From the human T2T-CHM13v2.0 reference genome, Homo sapiens, in NCBI RefSeq assembly GCF_009914755.1, contig NC_060936.1: a DNA stretch of 64,000 bases; one strand, given 5' to 3'. The notes below the pieces were generated by a model, which did no database searches, was not told the origin of the DNA, and saw only the letters and a program-made list of their open reading frames with translations. The position numbers were made by a program, and so were the translations under genes. Shown one piece after another: positions 13,070 to 27,184 of this stretch. How positions within the stretch are numbered: the first letter of the stretch is position 1; each line of letters starts with the position of its first letter.

Positions 13070-14880
13070 ACAAGGATGCCCACTTTTACCACTTCTATCC
13101 AACATAACACTGGAAGTCCTAGCCAGAATAATTAGACAACAGAAAGAAATAAAGGGCATCCAAATTGGTAATGAGGAAATCAAACTGTTGTTGTCTGCTG
13201 ATGACATGATCATATACCTAGAAAACCCTGAAGACTCATCCAAAAAGCTCCTAGAGCTGGTAAATGAATCCATCAAAGTTTCAGGATACAAAATTAATGT
13301 ACACAAATCAGCAGCTCTGCTATAGCTCTGTTAGAACAGTGAGCAAGCTGAGAATCAAATAAGAAACTGAACCCCTTTTACAATAGCTGCAAAAAAAAAA
13401 AAAAACCAAAAAAAAAACTTCGGAATATACTTAACCAAGGAGGCAAGGAGGTGAAAGACCTCTACAAGGAAATCTACAAAACACCACTGAAAGAAATCAT
13501 AGATGATGTAAACAAATGGAAACACATCCCATGCTCATGGATGGGTAGAATCAATATGGTGAAAATGACCACACTGTCAAAAGCAATCTACAAATTCGAT
13601 GCAATTCCCATCAAAATATCATCATCATTCTTCACAGAACTAGAAAAAAATCCTAAAATTCATATGAAATCAAAAAAGAGCCCACATAGCCAAAGCAAGA
13701 CTAAGCAGAAAGAACAAATCTGGAGGCATTACATTACCCAACTTCAAACTATACTGTAAGGCCATAGTCACCAAAACTGGATGGTGCTGGTGTAAAAATA
13801 GGCACATAGACCAATGGAATAGTATAGAGAATCCAGAAATAAAGCCAAATATCTACAGTAAACTGATCTTTGTCAAAGCAAGCAAAAACATAAAGTGGGG
13901 AAAGGACATCCTATTCAACAAATGGTGCTTAGATAATTGGCAAGCCACATATAGAAGAATGAAACTGGATCCTCATCTCTCATCCTATACAAAAATCAAC
14001 TCAAGATGGATCAAAAACTTAAATCTAAGACCTGAAACCATAAAATTTCTAGAAGATAGCATTGGAAAAATCCCTTCTAGATATTGGCTTAGGCAAAGAC
14101 TTAATGAGTAAGAACCAAAAAGCAAATGCAACAAAAACAAAGATAAATAGATGGGACCTAATTAAACTAAAAAGCTTTCTGCACAGCAAAAGAAATAATC
14201 AGTAGAGCAGACAGACTACCCATAGAGTGAGAGAAAATCTCCTCAATCTATATATCCAACAAAGGACTAATATCCAGAATCTACAAGGAACTCAAATCAG
14301 CAAGAACAAAACAAACAATCCCATCAAAAAGTGGGCTAAGGACATGAATACACAATTCTCAAAACAAGATATACAAATGGCCAACAAACGTATGAAAAAA
14401 TGCTCAACATCACTATTTATCAGGGAAATGGAAATCAATACCACAATGTGATACCACCTTACTCCTTAAAGAATATCCATAATCAAAAAATCAAAAAATA
14501 ATAATAGATGTTGGCGTGGATGTGGTGAAAAAGGAACACTTTTATACTGTTGGTGGGAAAGTAAACTAGTACAACCACTATGGAAAACAGTGTGGAGATT
14601 CCTTAAAGAACTAAAAGTAGAACTACCATTTGATCCAGCAGTCCCCCTACTGGGTACCTACCCAGAGGAAAAGAGGTCATTATATGAAAAAGATACTTGC
14701 ACATGCATGTTTATAGCAGAACAATTCACAATTGCAAAAATATGGAATCAGCCCAAATGCTCATCAATTAACAAGTGGATAAACAAAATGTGGTATATAT
14801 GTATATACCATGAAATATTTCTCAGCCATAAAAAGGAACAAAATAATAGCATTTGCAGCAATCTGGATTGAATTGGTGAC
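13070..14880 (+). pseudogene. L1 ORF2p remnant, C-terminal part (RT core and C-terminal domain)
   Basis: LSADDM (degenerate FADD) at ~13191, [35 protein letters not shown]; end approximate. Confidence 0.9.
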
Positions 14881-14993
14881 CATTATTCTGAGTGAATTAA
14901 CTGAGGAATGGAAAGCCAAACATCATATGTTCTCACTCATAAGGGGGAGCTAAGCTATGAAGGCACAAAAGCATAAGAATGATACAAGTTTTT

Positions 14994-15270
14994 GGCCAGG
15001 CACAGTGGCTCAGGCCTGCAATCTCAGCACTTTGGGAAGCCGCGGTGGGAGGATCACTTGAGGTCAGGAGTTCGAGACGAGGCTGCCCAACATGGCAAAA
15101 CCCTGTCTCTATTAAAAATACAAAAATTACCCAGCATGGTTGAGCAGGCCTGTAATCCCAGCTACTGAGGAGGCTGAGGCAAGAGAATTGCTCGAACCCA
15201 GAGGCAGAGGTTGCAGTGAGCCGAGATCATGACTGGGCGACAGAGAGAGGCTCTGTCTCAAAAAAAAAAA
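14994..15270 (+). mobile_element. Alu (AluS-like) in the L1 3'UTR
   Basis: ggccaggcacagtggctca...ctgtctc plus A tail. Confidence 0.95.
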
Positions 15271-15279
15271 AATGATACA

Positions 15280-15381
15280 GAAGTTTCAGTGACTAGAGAT
15301 TGCACCATTGCACTCCAGCCTGGGTGACAGAGCAAGAGCTTGTCTCAATAAAAAACAAAAAAACAAACAAACAAAACAAAA
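15280..15381 (+). mobile_element. 5'-truncated Alu 3' end
   Basis: cagtgactagagattgcaccattgcactccagcctgggtgacagagc plus A/C-rich tail. Confidence 0.9.
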
Positions 15382-15995
15382 AAGAATGATACAATGGGCT
15401 TTGGGGACTCATGGCAAAGGGTGGAAAGGGAGTTAGGAATAAAAGATCACTTTGGGTATGGTGTATACTGCTTGCATGATGGGTGTATCAAAGTCTCAGA
15501 AATCACCACCAAAGAACTTATTCATGTAACCAAATACCACCTGTTCCCCCAAAACCTATTGAAACAAACAAACAAAAAGTGATTCCAAGTTAATTTCCAC
15601 TCACAGATTTAACTCTGGCTGTATCTCCCTGGTTTGCGCTAAGTATACAAATGGCATCTAGAACTTGCAAAAGGGTTTGAAGGTTCCGGAGGACAAGCCC
15701 CAATCAAAGGATCCCCCTTGCTGTGAAAAGTATCTCTCATAATGTATTTTCCTCTGCAAAATACCTGTCATCTGAATCTGTAGTTCACATACTTTGTGTC
15801 AGTATTCTCTGCACCCGAGATGGCAAGAGGCTTTCCTGCCTGGAGTGCTATACCGTGAGGAGTGATAGATGGCATTCATGATGAGTAACAAAGAATCTCT
15901 ACGATTGGACAGAAATTCCTGCAGCTGAGTCTGAATGGCCTTGTGTAGCCCAAGTGTCACGAATAGATTGTGCTCACCCTAAAAGCATTGTCTAG

Positions 15996-16519
<524 letters not shown>

Positions 16520-17309
16520 CTAATCAAGACCTTGGAAGGTAAACTCAAGTAGTTCTTTTGTTTGACAAGGTCAACCAGAAGAAAGAGGAAAAACTGAAAT
16601 TTTCTTATTAACACCTTCTCTTTTGGTAAACTTGCATTTTAAGTGGAAAAGTTTTATATCACATGGCTAAGCTAAAAAGTTAAAAGAATTTATGAAGTTG
16701 CTACAAATATCCAAAAATATACACTATGAAAAGAAGCTCAAGAGGACAATAGTTTCTCTAAAAGCAAGGGGGAAAAAAAAAAAGCTCCTGACATGACTTT
16801 ATAAAACACCACAACAAATATTTTAGGCATTCATGAGAACTAGCTCTGGAAGCCTGTGCAAAGAAAAGACATATTCTTTTCCAGCACCCACATAGTCGTA
16901 ACTACCCTCCCGACAGTCTTCAGAGTTCACATAATTGGCCCCTAGATTTTCAAATGCTTTAGCCAAGTCCCTGGAGTAAAATATTTGCCATTTAAATGTG
17001 CGTTGCTTCCTTCAGTCATGTCAGTTTTCAAATGTCTTACTTCCTTCTTTGTCTAATATTTAATCTTGTTGCTCTATATGATCTATTTTTTTTCTCCTTT
17101 TAGAATGAACATATAGTTTCAGGGCAAAGAAGCGTTTCCAGGATTTAGAACATGTTATATTACTCAATTTGGGTTTAGTTTGTTGATAAATTTAAAATCT
17201 TCATGCTGATATATATGAAGTACAAGAAGGAAAATGTCTTTCTACACCTTGAAGATGAGAAGGAATTATTTTGGTATATCAAGTCTCCCTTCAGGTAACC
17301 AGCTAACAT

Positions 17310-17600
<291 letters not shown>

Positions 17601-17916
17601 TAATATTTAAAGTATTACGAATATTTCAATCAGACAATTTTTAAATCCCATACATATTTGCTAAATACCTATGTTGTACATTGCACAGGTAATAGAGGCT
17701 ATGAAGATTAATAAGGCAGAATCCCTGTCCTGAAGAATTTACAGCCTCATGAACAAAGTAGGCATACGAGTCTAATTTCCTATTCTGCTGTGATAATTGA
17801 GTAGTATTGGATTATTGCTAAGCTGGCATGCTCCCATCCCCAAATCAACATTGTTTCATGGTATAAGAAAACCTCTCTGTTAAGTTATTGTGATTTCATT
17901 TTGCACATTAATTTAG

Positions 17917-17984
17917 ATAAAGAAACAGAATTTCATAAAGATTATATTACATAAAGAAACAGAATTTCATAAAGATGATATTAC
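17917..17984. repeat. 34-bp tandem duplication within a MIR-like remnant
   Basis: ataaagaaacagaatttcataaagat(t/g)atattac twice, 1 mismatch. Confidence 0.9.
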
Positions 17985-18291
17985 ATTCCTTTAAAACCAT
18001 ACAGCTAGTAAGAGTTAGAACCAAGACTCAATCTCAAATATTTGTTTAGTTACAACATATATCCATGTTATTTGTCTCTATATTAATATAAGCATTTTTA
18101 TGTACAGGAAGGCACTGTAATGCAGGGGTTTATAATTCACTAACTATACTTTCTAAATTTTTAAATGTCTTTTCTTGAGAAAAAGAAATGACTTCATAAA
18201 GTAATTACACAAAGTTACCTAGTTGTTCTCCAGCTCCACTGAAGAGACGAGAAAGAAAGGTTGGAAAGTTTCGGTTAGAAATAAGACTTGA

Positions 18292-18602
<311 letters not shown>

Positions 18603-20329
18603 AAGACTTGGGCTATTAAACACTAAACTGGCTATTGGTGGTGGTTGTGCAATCTCTAAACGTATCTTAAAAACAAGACAAACTAATCTGCTCAGGGAAA
18701 TTTTTTTTTTTAAAGAACAGTGGAGTTTTATTGTATCATTGCCATTAATTTATTTTAATTACTATAAAGCATGTGTTAATATAGTCTCTGCTGATACTGA
18801 AATTTGTCTTTACTTCATCAAAAGTTGTCCCTAATCGTTAAAAAAGTGTTCAGGTAATAAATGGACAAGAAGCAACCAAGCTGACTTATTTCTTATTTTC
18901 TCAGTAGGTCAGTGTTGGGGACAGATTCTGGTTTAGGACTGATGAAACCACATCAATTCCTTTTTTATACCACTTCAAGGACTACACAAAAGAAAAGGTT
19001 TAGCTACATCTGACTTCTTCATGACACTGCAAATAAAGCAAGCCAGTACCTATTCCCTCTATGTCTATATGAACTAATGCTACATACAAAATTCAAGACA
19101 CAACTGTAATGATTTTTACTTAGGGAAAATTTTAAACATACTTTCTGCCTGAAGGGCAAAGACTAGGTCCAGTAATTTCAAAACCCCTATAATTATATGA
19201 TTTAGGAGAAAATGCAGTGAAAACCTCTTTTTTTATCCCAAGTGGAAGAAAACATTGAATGTCTAGGTTGGTGGTCAATAGTGTACAGAATGAACTTTAC
19301 TTTGTGTAAGCTTTTAAAATAGAGACATTTATCTCAAACTTTTTTTGTTGTTTGCTAAATTCTAGAGTTAGAGACTTGTGATCAATAGCCCAGACACTTC
19401 TCCATTGTACCAGCCAACTTTCCCCCTGAGGAAAACAACTTTAAACTTCAGAGACAAAAACGAGAAGTGCTCAGATGTGAAAGTTTCACTAGCATTTCTT
19501 ATCATCAGACATGCATTCATCTAGCATGTATAGCAAACCTACTATATTTAGACACTATGCAGGATACCAGAAGGAATACAGAGGAGACGGCATAGCACTT
19601 GTAATTGAGCCAAGCACAGCAGTTTTATTGGGATAGGTTTGATTCACCAAATGGCAAAGAATCTGTGTGATGAATTTGCAGTTCTAATTAAAATTCCCCA
19701 GAGTCGGTTCTTTAAGTCTCAGCCCTAATTCATTTCCAGAAAGCCCTGTGGTTTTAAGGTGATTTATATTGCTTCTGCAAAGACTGTGGAGAAAGCTCTT
19801 GGCAATCACATGTCTTGTACAAATACAATTTACAGATCAAATCAGAGAAAAAGTACCGTAGCAACTCTGGGGGAAGAAACCATGAAATGTCCCAAACCCC
19901 ATACCGTTCCTAACACACATAGGCACCTGATGTGTATTGACTAAATAAGAGTGCTATGTCAGATACTAGGAGGCCACAAAGGTTAGGAATGCATAATTCC
20001 TCCTCCCAGGAAGCTCACACCTCATGGGGACAGGGTGAGACAGATGACTGTTAACCAGACAGACTTGCTTGTGTCAGATCCCTTAGCTCTCCCAACTTGG
20101 CCATCACAGAGGTCATGGGTACTGTGTTTAAAGGTGTCATGAGCCCCTGAACTTGGGCTCAGGAAATTCCCATCTGCTCATCTTGCAACTGTCAACCTTG
20201 AACTTCCTCACACATCAATGCATCTCATTCCTGACCTTTTTGGTCCTAATCGTTGGTGTCTAGCTTCACGGAGACTGGCAACCTCAGTTAAAACTACTTA
20301 CGTTGGTGCTGCTCCGGACAAACTTTTAG

Positions 20330-20580
20330 GAAAGTCAGCATAGTGATAAGTGAAGCACAGACTCTTGACGATTTCAACTATCTGCGCTATATGTATTTGA
20401 AGCTTGGCTGTGCTATTTATAATGATTTTGGAAACCTGGCATAACTTTTTGTGTATGCTTCAGTTTCTTAATCTTCTGAATTACGATCCTAATAGTGCTT
20501 AACTCATAAGGTTGTTATAAGGATTAAATGAGTTAATATCTCCAAAGCACTTAGAAATGTTTCTGGCACATAGTTTTTAT
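20330..20580. mobile_element. MIR remnant
   Basis: cttcagtttctt...aatagtgcttaactcataaggttgttataaggattaaatgagttaat...ctggcacatag (MIR core and 3' part). Confidence 0.75.
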
Positions 20581-20679
20581 GTCAAGTAAAGGCTATTTCC
20601 TGTGGTTTCCTCTTGGTACCATTTTAATAAATGCAGACAATTGGTCCCATGGCCACATGGCCTAACCAGACACCACCAG

Positions 20680-22000
20680 TTGGCAAAGAGCATGAGTGAT
20701 CAAAAGTAAGGAGCTAGGAAAGTAAAGAATGTCGAATTAAGGGTCCAGTCTGGCTAAAGCACTGGGCTCAGGGGACTGCATATGCAGCCGTGATTTTAAA
20801 AGGTTGACAAGGAACAGGTTGTGGAGAAACTTAAATACTAAGATGGGGAGCTTGTCATCTATTCTGTAAGCCATGTAGCATTGCAAGATAATAGTGCTCT
20901 AGAAGGAGTTCTAGCAGTAGTAACGAGGATGGACAGGAGGCTGGGAGATAAGCAAGAAAATATTTTTAGAAAAGTTGCAATCATCAGGCAAGTGGTAATG
21001 AGACGCAAAACTAAGGTGGTGACAATGTCAGTAATATCAAAAGAGAAAATGTTACAATAAAAGAGACTATTTGTAAGCAAAACTAAAAATGTATAAAAAT
21101 TATTTGCCTGGCTGTGATACGTCAGGCACATAGAAGGTGCTTTGTGAACATTGTTTCATTTAACTGGTGCAATACCTGGGCTGAGTAAATATGGGTACCT
21201 GATTAATTCAGATGAAGAAACTCAGGGAGATCACGCAATTAACCTGAGGTCACAGTTCTAGAAAGTGGCACAACAGGGATTCAACCCAAGTCAGTCTGGT
21301 TTCAAAGTTTCATCTTTTTTTTCACCGTTTAAATTCATGTAGGGTATGAGAGAAAGGGAGAGGCTGAATGTGCTCCCAAATGCTCTTGGAGGCTGAAAAT
21401 GTATTAGTTTAGATGAGAACATTTCAAAGATGAGATGCTTCATTTGGCTTTGAAATTTAAAATTTTAATTGTTTTGGAGATATGGCAGTTTAGCAGGCAA
21501 CTGGAAATTCAGATGCTGAATTAGGAGAGAAGTCAGGACTGGAAACACATATTTTGGAGTCATTTGCAGAAAGTTGAAAAAGTTGAGTAAATAAGCTTTC
21601 CAAAAAAGATCACCAAAGAGAGTAAGATAAAAAGAGGGTCAAGAAAGACTCTTTGTAGTATTTCATTTAATGAGTAGAAGTGAAGGAAAATCTGTGAGGT
21701 ACAGTGAGGTTAAAGGTTCAGAGAGGGGAGTCTAAGACTTCAAGGAAGAGAATTCAACAGGAAGTAGGTGTCAGCAGTGTCAGATGCTGCCGAGATCAGA
21801 GAGGGTAAGAATAGAGAAAAGTCCAATGAATTTGTGTTTAGGGAGGCCACTGGGGACATTTAGGAGAACCATTTTTGTAGAGTGGGAGACCTAGATTTAA
21901 AGTGACCATTTTGTAATGAAGGTAGAAAAGCAGAGGGGACATTAAAATGGGGATGGGAAACACCCAGCATGTTTCCATTAATAGGTCAAGGAGAAATCAA
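20680..22000. mobile_element. L2 remnants with an embedded MIR (~21110-21310)
   Basis: Purine-rich L2-like text (agaagtcaggactggaaacacatattttggagtc; agtgtcagatgctgc); boundaries approximate. Confidence 0.55.
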
Positions 22001-23723
22001 GAAGAATCAAGAGTGATTGACACTTTGTAGAAGGATGACTGATGGAGGGCAAGGCCGTGGAGAAGACTGGAGAGAATGAGAACAGGGCATAGATGAGGAG
22101 TTTTCCCTGGAGAGGGGGTTAGTCTCTTCCTCTTTAGCCATCTGAAGAAATTCAGGGTAGAGGCAGTAAAGGACATGTTGCCTGCTCTCTCTTTCCTTAA
22201 AAAAGTAGATGCAAATAATGATCTGCTAAAGTTGAAGGGCTTCGATGGGGTATTTGAGGGGCAGAAGAAGAGTGTAAACAATCCAGGGCTTTCTTTTTTA
22301 CCTTTTACTACCATATTGTTAAATGACTCATTGCAGACACTGCATTTCCTTTGTCTTCCCTTTATTGGCTTGTGGGTTGTTTTTACTGGCATCAAGCGTG
22401 AGATATAGTATACTTCCAGCTCTTTAAAGTGTTCTCATTTTTTCCTGGAACTTAGGAAATATATTTACTATTTCATGTAAAAAGTGAGAATACCAAAAGA
22501 GGATACAATTGTCACAAAACAATAAGCAAGTTAATTAAATAAGATATGACAACTCAGCATAAAAATACTGAAGTGATGAACCATAAATGAGATTTTTAAA
22601 AAATGAATTCCTTAAAATGATAGTTAAATCACTTAAGTAAGCTTTGTCTTAGATGGCCATCACATTTTCTAAGCATTATCCCAGAAAAATGAGAAGCATA
22701 TTTTTACTTTCAAGCATTGTTCCTCATACTTCATTTGCCCTATTTCAAGATAAGAAGAAATATCTTTCATAATGTGAGTAACAATAAAACCACTACTGAT
22801 GATAACGGTAATAGAAACATTCCCAGTTCTTCCAAATTGTAGGTCAGGGACTGAACTTCAAAGGAAAGACTCTGAAATTCATGCAGAATGGGATGAATTC
22901 CAGCCCACCCACTGCAAAATGCTTCCCTACTCATCTATTTTCCAGAGATATGCTTAGTGTCGTGGGCATGCTCAGGGATTTTCCTGGTCATGGAGAAATG
23001 GCTGGTGTGTAGCTGCTCTGGTTCAGTTCTCATAGCTCTCTGAGGGACACAGAAAAGGGCTGAATCCAGCAGCTGTCTTAGCTGAAAGCTAAGGGGAAAA
23101 AGTGAGAGGGGGATGGTGAGATCAAACTTTCATGTGTGGCCCATTTTTGATGTGGCTGAAAGAACTGGTTAGAACAACACTTTTCATCTTGAGGAGCTCA
23201 GATATTTTTGGCCTCCAGATAATTCTATATGTGGATGGGCATAGTAACTAGCACAAGATTAAAGAAAAGACGGAAGAGGCACTCAGTGATGTATTTAGTT
23301 TGTTTAGTAAAGGCAGAGGTTTAATCACACACTTGCATTTTCCCTCTTCAAAACTTTTTCCCTTGAGGAAGAGCCATGCACTGTTTTACTGTTTACTAGG
23401 TGACAGTAAATTCTGTAATATGCATAGTGTAACTCTATGTTAGACAGTTACATAAATTAACCCATTTAATATTATCAACAACCCTGAAAGGTATATTTTG
23501 TTGCCTCAGTTTTGGAAGTGGAGACACCAACTGTCTAGAAAATAAGCCAATTTCCCAAGACCATTCAGCTAGAAAACAGAGAAACTGAAATTTGAATACA
23601 GATTGTGTGGATACAAAGCCCATGCTCCACCAAAGGAAGCTTATCCATGGACTTCCCCTACCCCTACCCACACATATACTATAGCCCTCCACCCAGAGAT
23701 AGTCTTATTTTTTCTCTTGATTA

Positions 23724-24044
<321 letters not shown>

Positions 24045-24699
24045 CTAAATTTTAGGCTTAAAAAGTCCTGAAGAAGAGAGCTCTAAGATTTGACTTCTGA
24101 AAGGTAAGTTCCAATGTTACCAATGTTCACTCTGTTAAATTTTTATGAGACTCTAAACCACTTTTAAAAATGTAATAATGGTCTTTGAGCAAAATTGGAA
24201 AATACACATACATACATAATTTAGGATACACTGAAGTCTGGCTTCAGCCTCCGAATTCAGACAAAATTTACTGTTTGGTTTCAGTTTCAGACTTGACCTT
24301 GACTTTCGAAAGGCAGAATGGTTGAATGCCTACTCTATAATATAATGTCAGGAACACAAACAAGGTTTGTTATTCTGATTAACATTAATATCTGAATATT
24401 CACTTTCAAATATAAGTGATTATAATATTATATATAGTATAATATGAATACATAAGATTTCTATTATAATGCTCATCATGTAAGTATTCCAGATAGTACT
24501 TTGAGTAAAAATTCACTTGTGCGCTTTGTTCCAGTTTTGACAGTTGAAGTATAAATGCATTTTTACTATTCTGAGAGTAAAATGCTATAATAATTAATGA
24601 TTATAAAGTTACTAATTTTATCTACCAAAAAAGTTCCTCAATTATTAACAGCTTTCAAATAGTTAAGTAGAACAGGATTGACAGTTACTATGAAAATAG

Positions 24700-24990
24700 A
24701 TTTATAATCCCTTATCTGAATTCCTTGGGATCATATGTCTTTTGAAATGAAGAACTATTCAGATTTTAGGGAGGTAGTAGATTGCATGTACTATATTTAT
24801 CAACCTTTCCAGGGGTTGGGGGGTTAGGAAACAAGTCGATGTAGCACATTACTATGTGGTAAAATGTGTGACCATTCCCACTAAGCCTCACATCAGATCA
24901 CACAGATTCTGTGGCCAAATGAGTTATGAAAATATTTCCATTTCTCAGAGCTTTGGATGTTTAAATTGGACATAAAGGATTGTGGACATT
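24700..24990. mobile_element. Tigger-family DNA transposon remnant (MER46C-like)
   Basis: Imperfect terminal inverted repeats ataatcccttatc... / ...ataaaggattgtg. Confidence 0.55.
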
Positions 24991-26842
24991 TTAAGGGAGG
25001 CATTCCTAGACAACGTTAGGAAAAATAACAAATTATTTATAAATAAATGTTCATAAGCATAAAAATAATAACATAAGACAGAAATATCGAGATACTGTTA
25101 AAATTACATCATAATGCCAATCTTAAGAGTTGTTTTGTGATGTGAAATTTTTAACATTAAACAAAAATAAACTTTTAGGATTGCATTTAACTGTAGTCAT
25201 TTAATTCCACATAGACCATTTTTCAGGAAAAAAAAGACCCTATTTGGGATTACTTTAAACCTTGCAGAATGAACTAAAATAATTCAGTGTTACCATCTAT
25301 AAATTTCACAAAAATGAAAAGCTCTAAAATTATGTATAATAACACTCATGATAAAGATAAAGCATATGATAGCCGAAGAAAAACTAAAAAGAAAAAAAAA
25401 AGATAAAGCACATGATGGAAAGAACAGAATCTTAGAGAAAGAGAAGTCACTCAAAACATACCTTGTACTCACTACTCAAAACTCCAAAGCAATAACCTTT
25501 ATAAGAGTGCTTTAAGATACTTTCTTAGGATTTTGAATCTATGGATTCAAAAAATATTTTAAAAGCTTGTTAAAATGATTGTTACAGATTGTAACCATGT
25601 AAAGATAAAGGATATTTTAGACTTACCCAAGCTGTGAGTCCTAGGTACAACATTTCTTCCAGAAAACATGTTACTGAAAATTATTTTCTGCTTTGCACAG
25701 AAAAGGTGAGTGTTGCTATTATATGTGCCACTTGAAAGGGGGCGTCTCTCCAGTAACACAAATGCAGGCGCTAAAACCATCTTAGCCAACTTTGCTAAGA
25801 AATGACTGTTCCTGAACTGTCATATCAAACTGAAAATTTGTCTAATTTTTAATAATATAATTGTAATCATAATACAGTTTTAAAAAATAACACTTCTGAT
25901 TTATTTTTGTATCCCAGAAGTTGACTCTCTAATGGTGATAATAACATTCAGCTTTGCTGAATATTGATTTTAACACATGGCCACTTGGCCAAAATGTATA
26001 TTTGGTACTACATATACGGCAATTTATATATATTTATTATCTTTATTTTATATACAGAATCATGATGCACTTACTGGCTAAACCATTCCTCTGTTCTTAG
26101 GTTGGTTATCTTGCTGCCCAACAACTGTCTTAAGTAGTCCAGTGGAAAACGTAATTTTCAGATTTGGGCTACAAAACTGTACAGTTACAGATTTTGACAG
26201 TATGTTACTAATGAAAATTAACTACTATTTATTGAACGCCTATTAGGCGTCACACATTGATCAAGGTACCTTCAACAACAGTGAAAAAGTGGTTTTGGTG
26301 TTATTCCAGTTGTACAGATGAGTAAATTGAGACTCAGATTTAAATGTTAACTTAGAACTCAAGCCTTTTTTTAACTTCAATTTGAAGGTTATTTTCACTG
26401 TATCAAGTGTTTTTCAAAATTGAGTAAAGAGGGAGAGAGCCATGAAGACTCTAAATATTGACTTAAATTATTTTATTATATTATTTAAAATCACATACAA
26501 ATATTAGGTGAGGGAAAACTCCTTAATTATTGTGGCTTTCATATGACAATAAAATCAAAGAAAATTAACAAATCAGAACCAAATTACAATATACCTCTAC
26601 AACATTAATCTGATGACTGATGTTCTGCGGAAACTAAGCTGTCAACGTCGAATTAAATAGTAGAACAATGTGTTTGTGTTTTTGTCTACATGATTCCTTT
26701 GCTTTCTCACATGAGGAATCCCTTGACTCACTGCCATTGTCTGGGCATTTGAAATTCTTTTTAATGTTTATCATTTATTATCTTGTTCTGCCAACAATTT
26801 TAATAGTTTCCTGCAAAATAGAGTACATGAGAATAGGTTTTT

Positions 26843-27184
<342 letters not shown>

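Larger units (their letters stand above)
2238..15574 (+). mobile_element. Full-length decayed LINE-1 (L1PB-like), interrupted by HERV-L and two Alu insertions
   Basis: ~1-kb 5'UTR starting near ggggaaaaatggcagac; ORF1 and ORF2 remnants; L1PB-type 3'UTR (gaaatcaccaccaaagaacttattcatgtaaccaaataccacctgttcccc) and A-rich tail; candidate TSD aaaagtga at 2230-2237 and 15575-15582. Confidence 0.95.

Noticed and set aside
3286-14880. Possible active L1 or replication-competent ERV
   Set aside because: All L1 and HERV-L frames have multiple stops or frameshifts; the L1 FADD motif is mutated and ORF2 is split by the provirus
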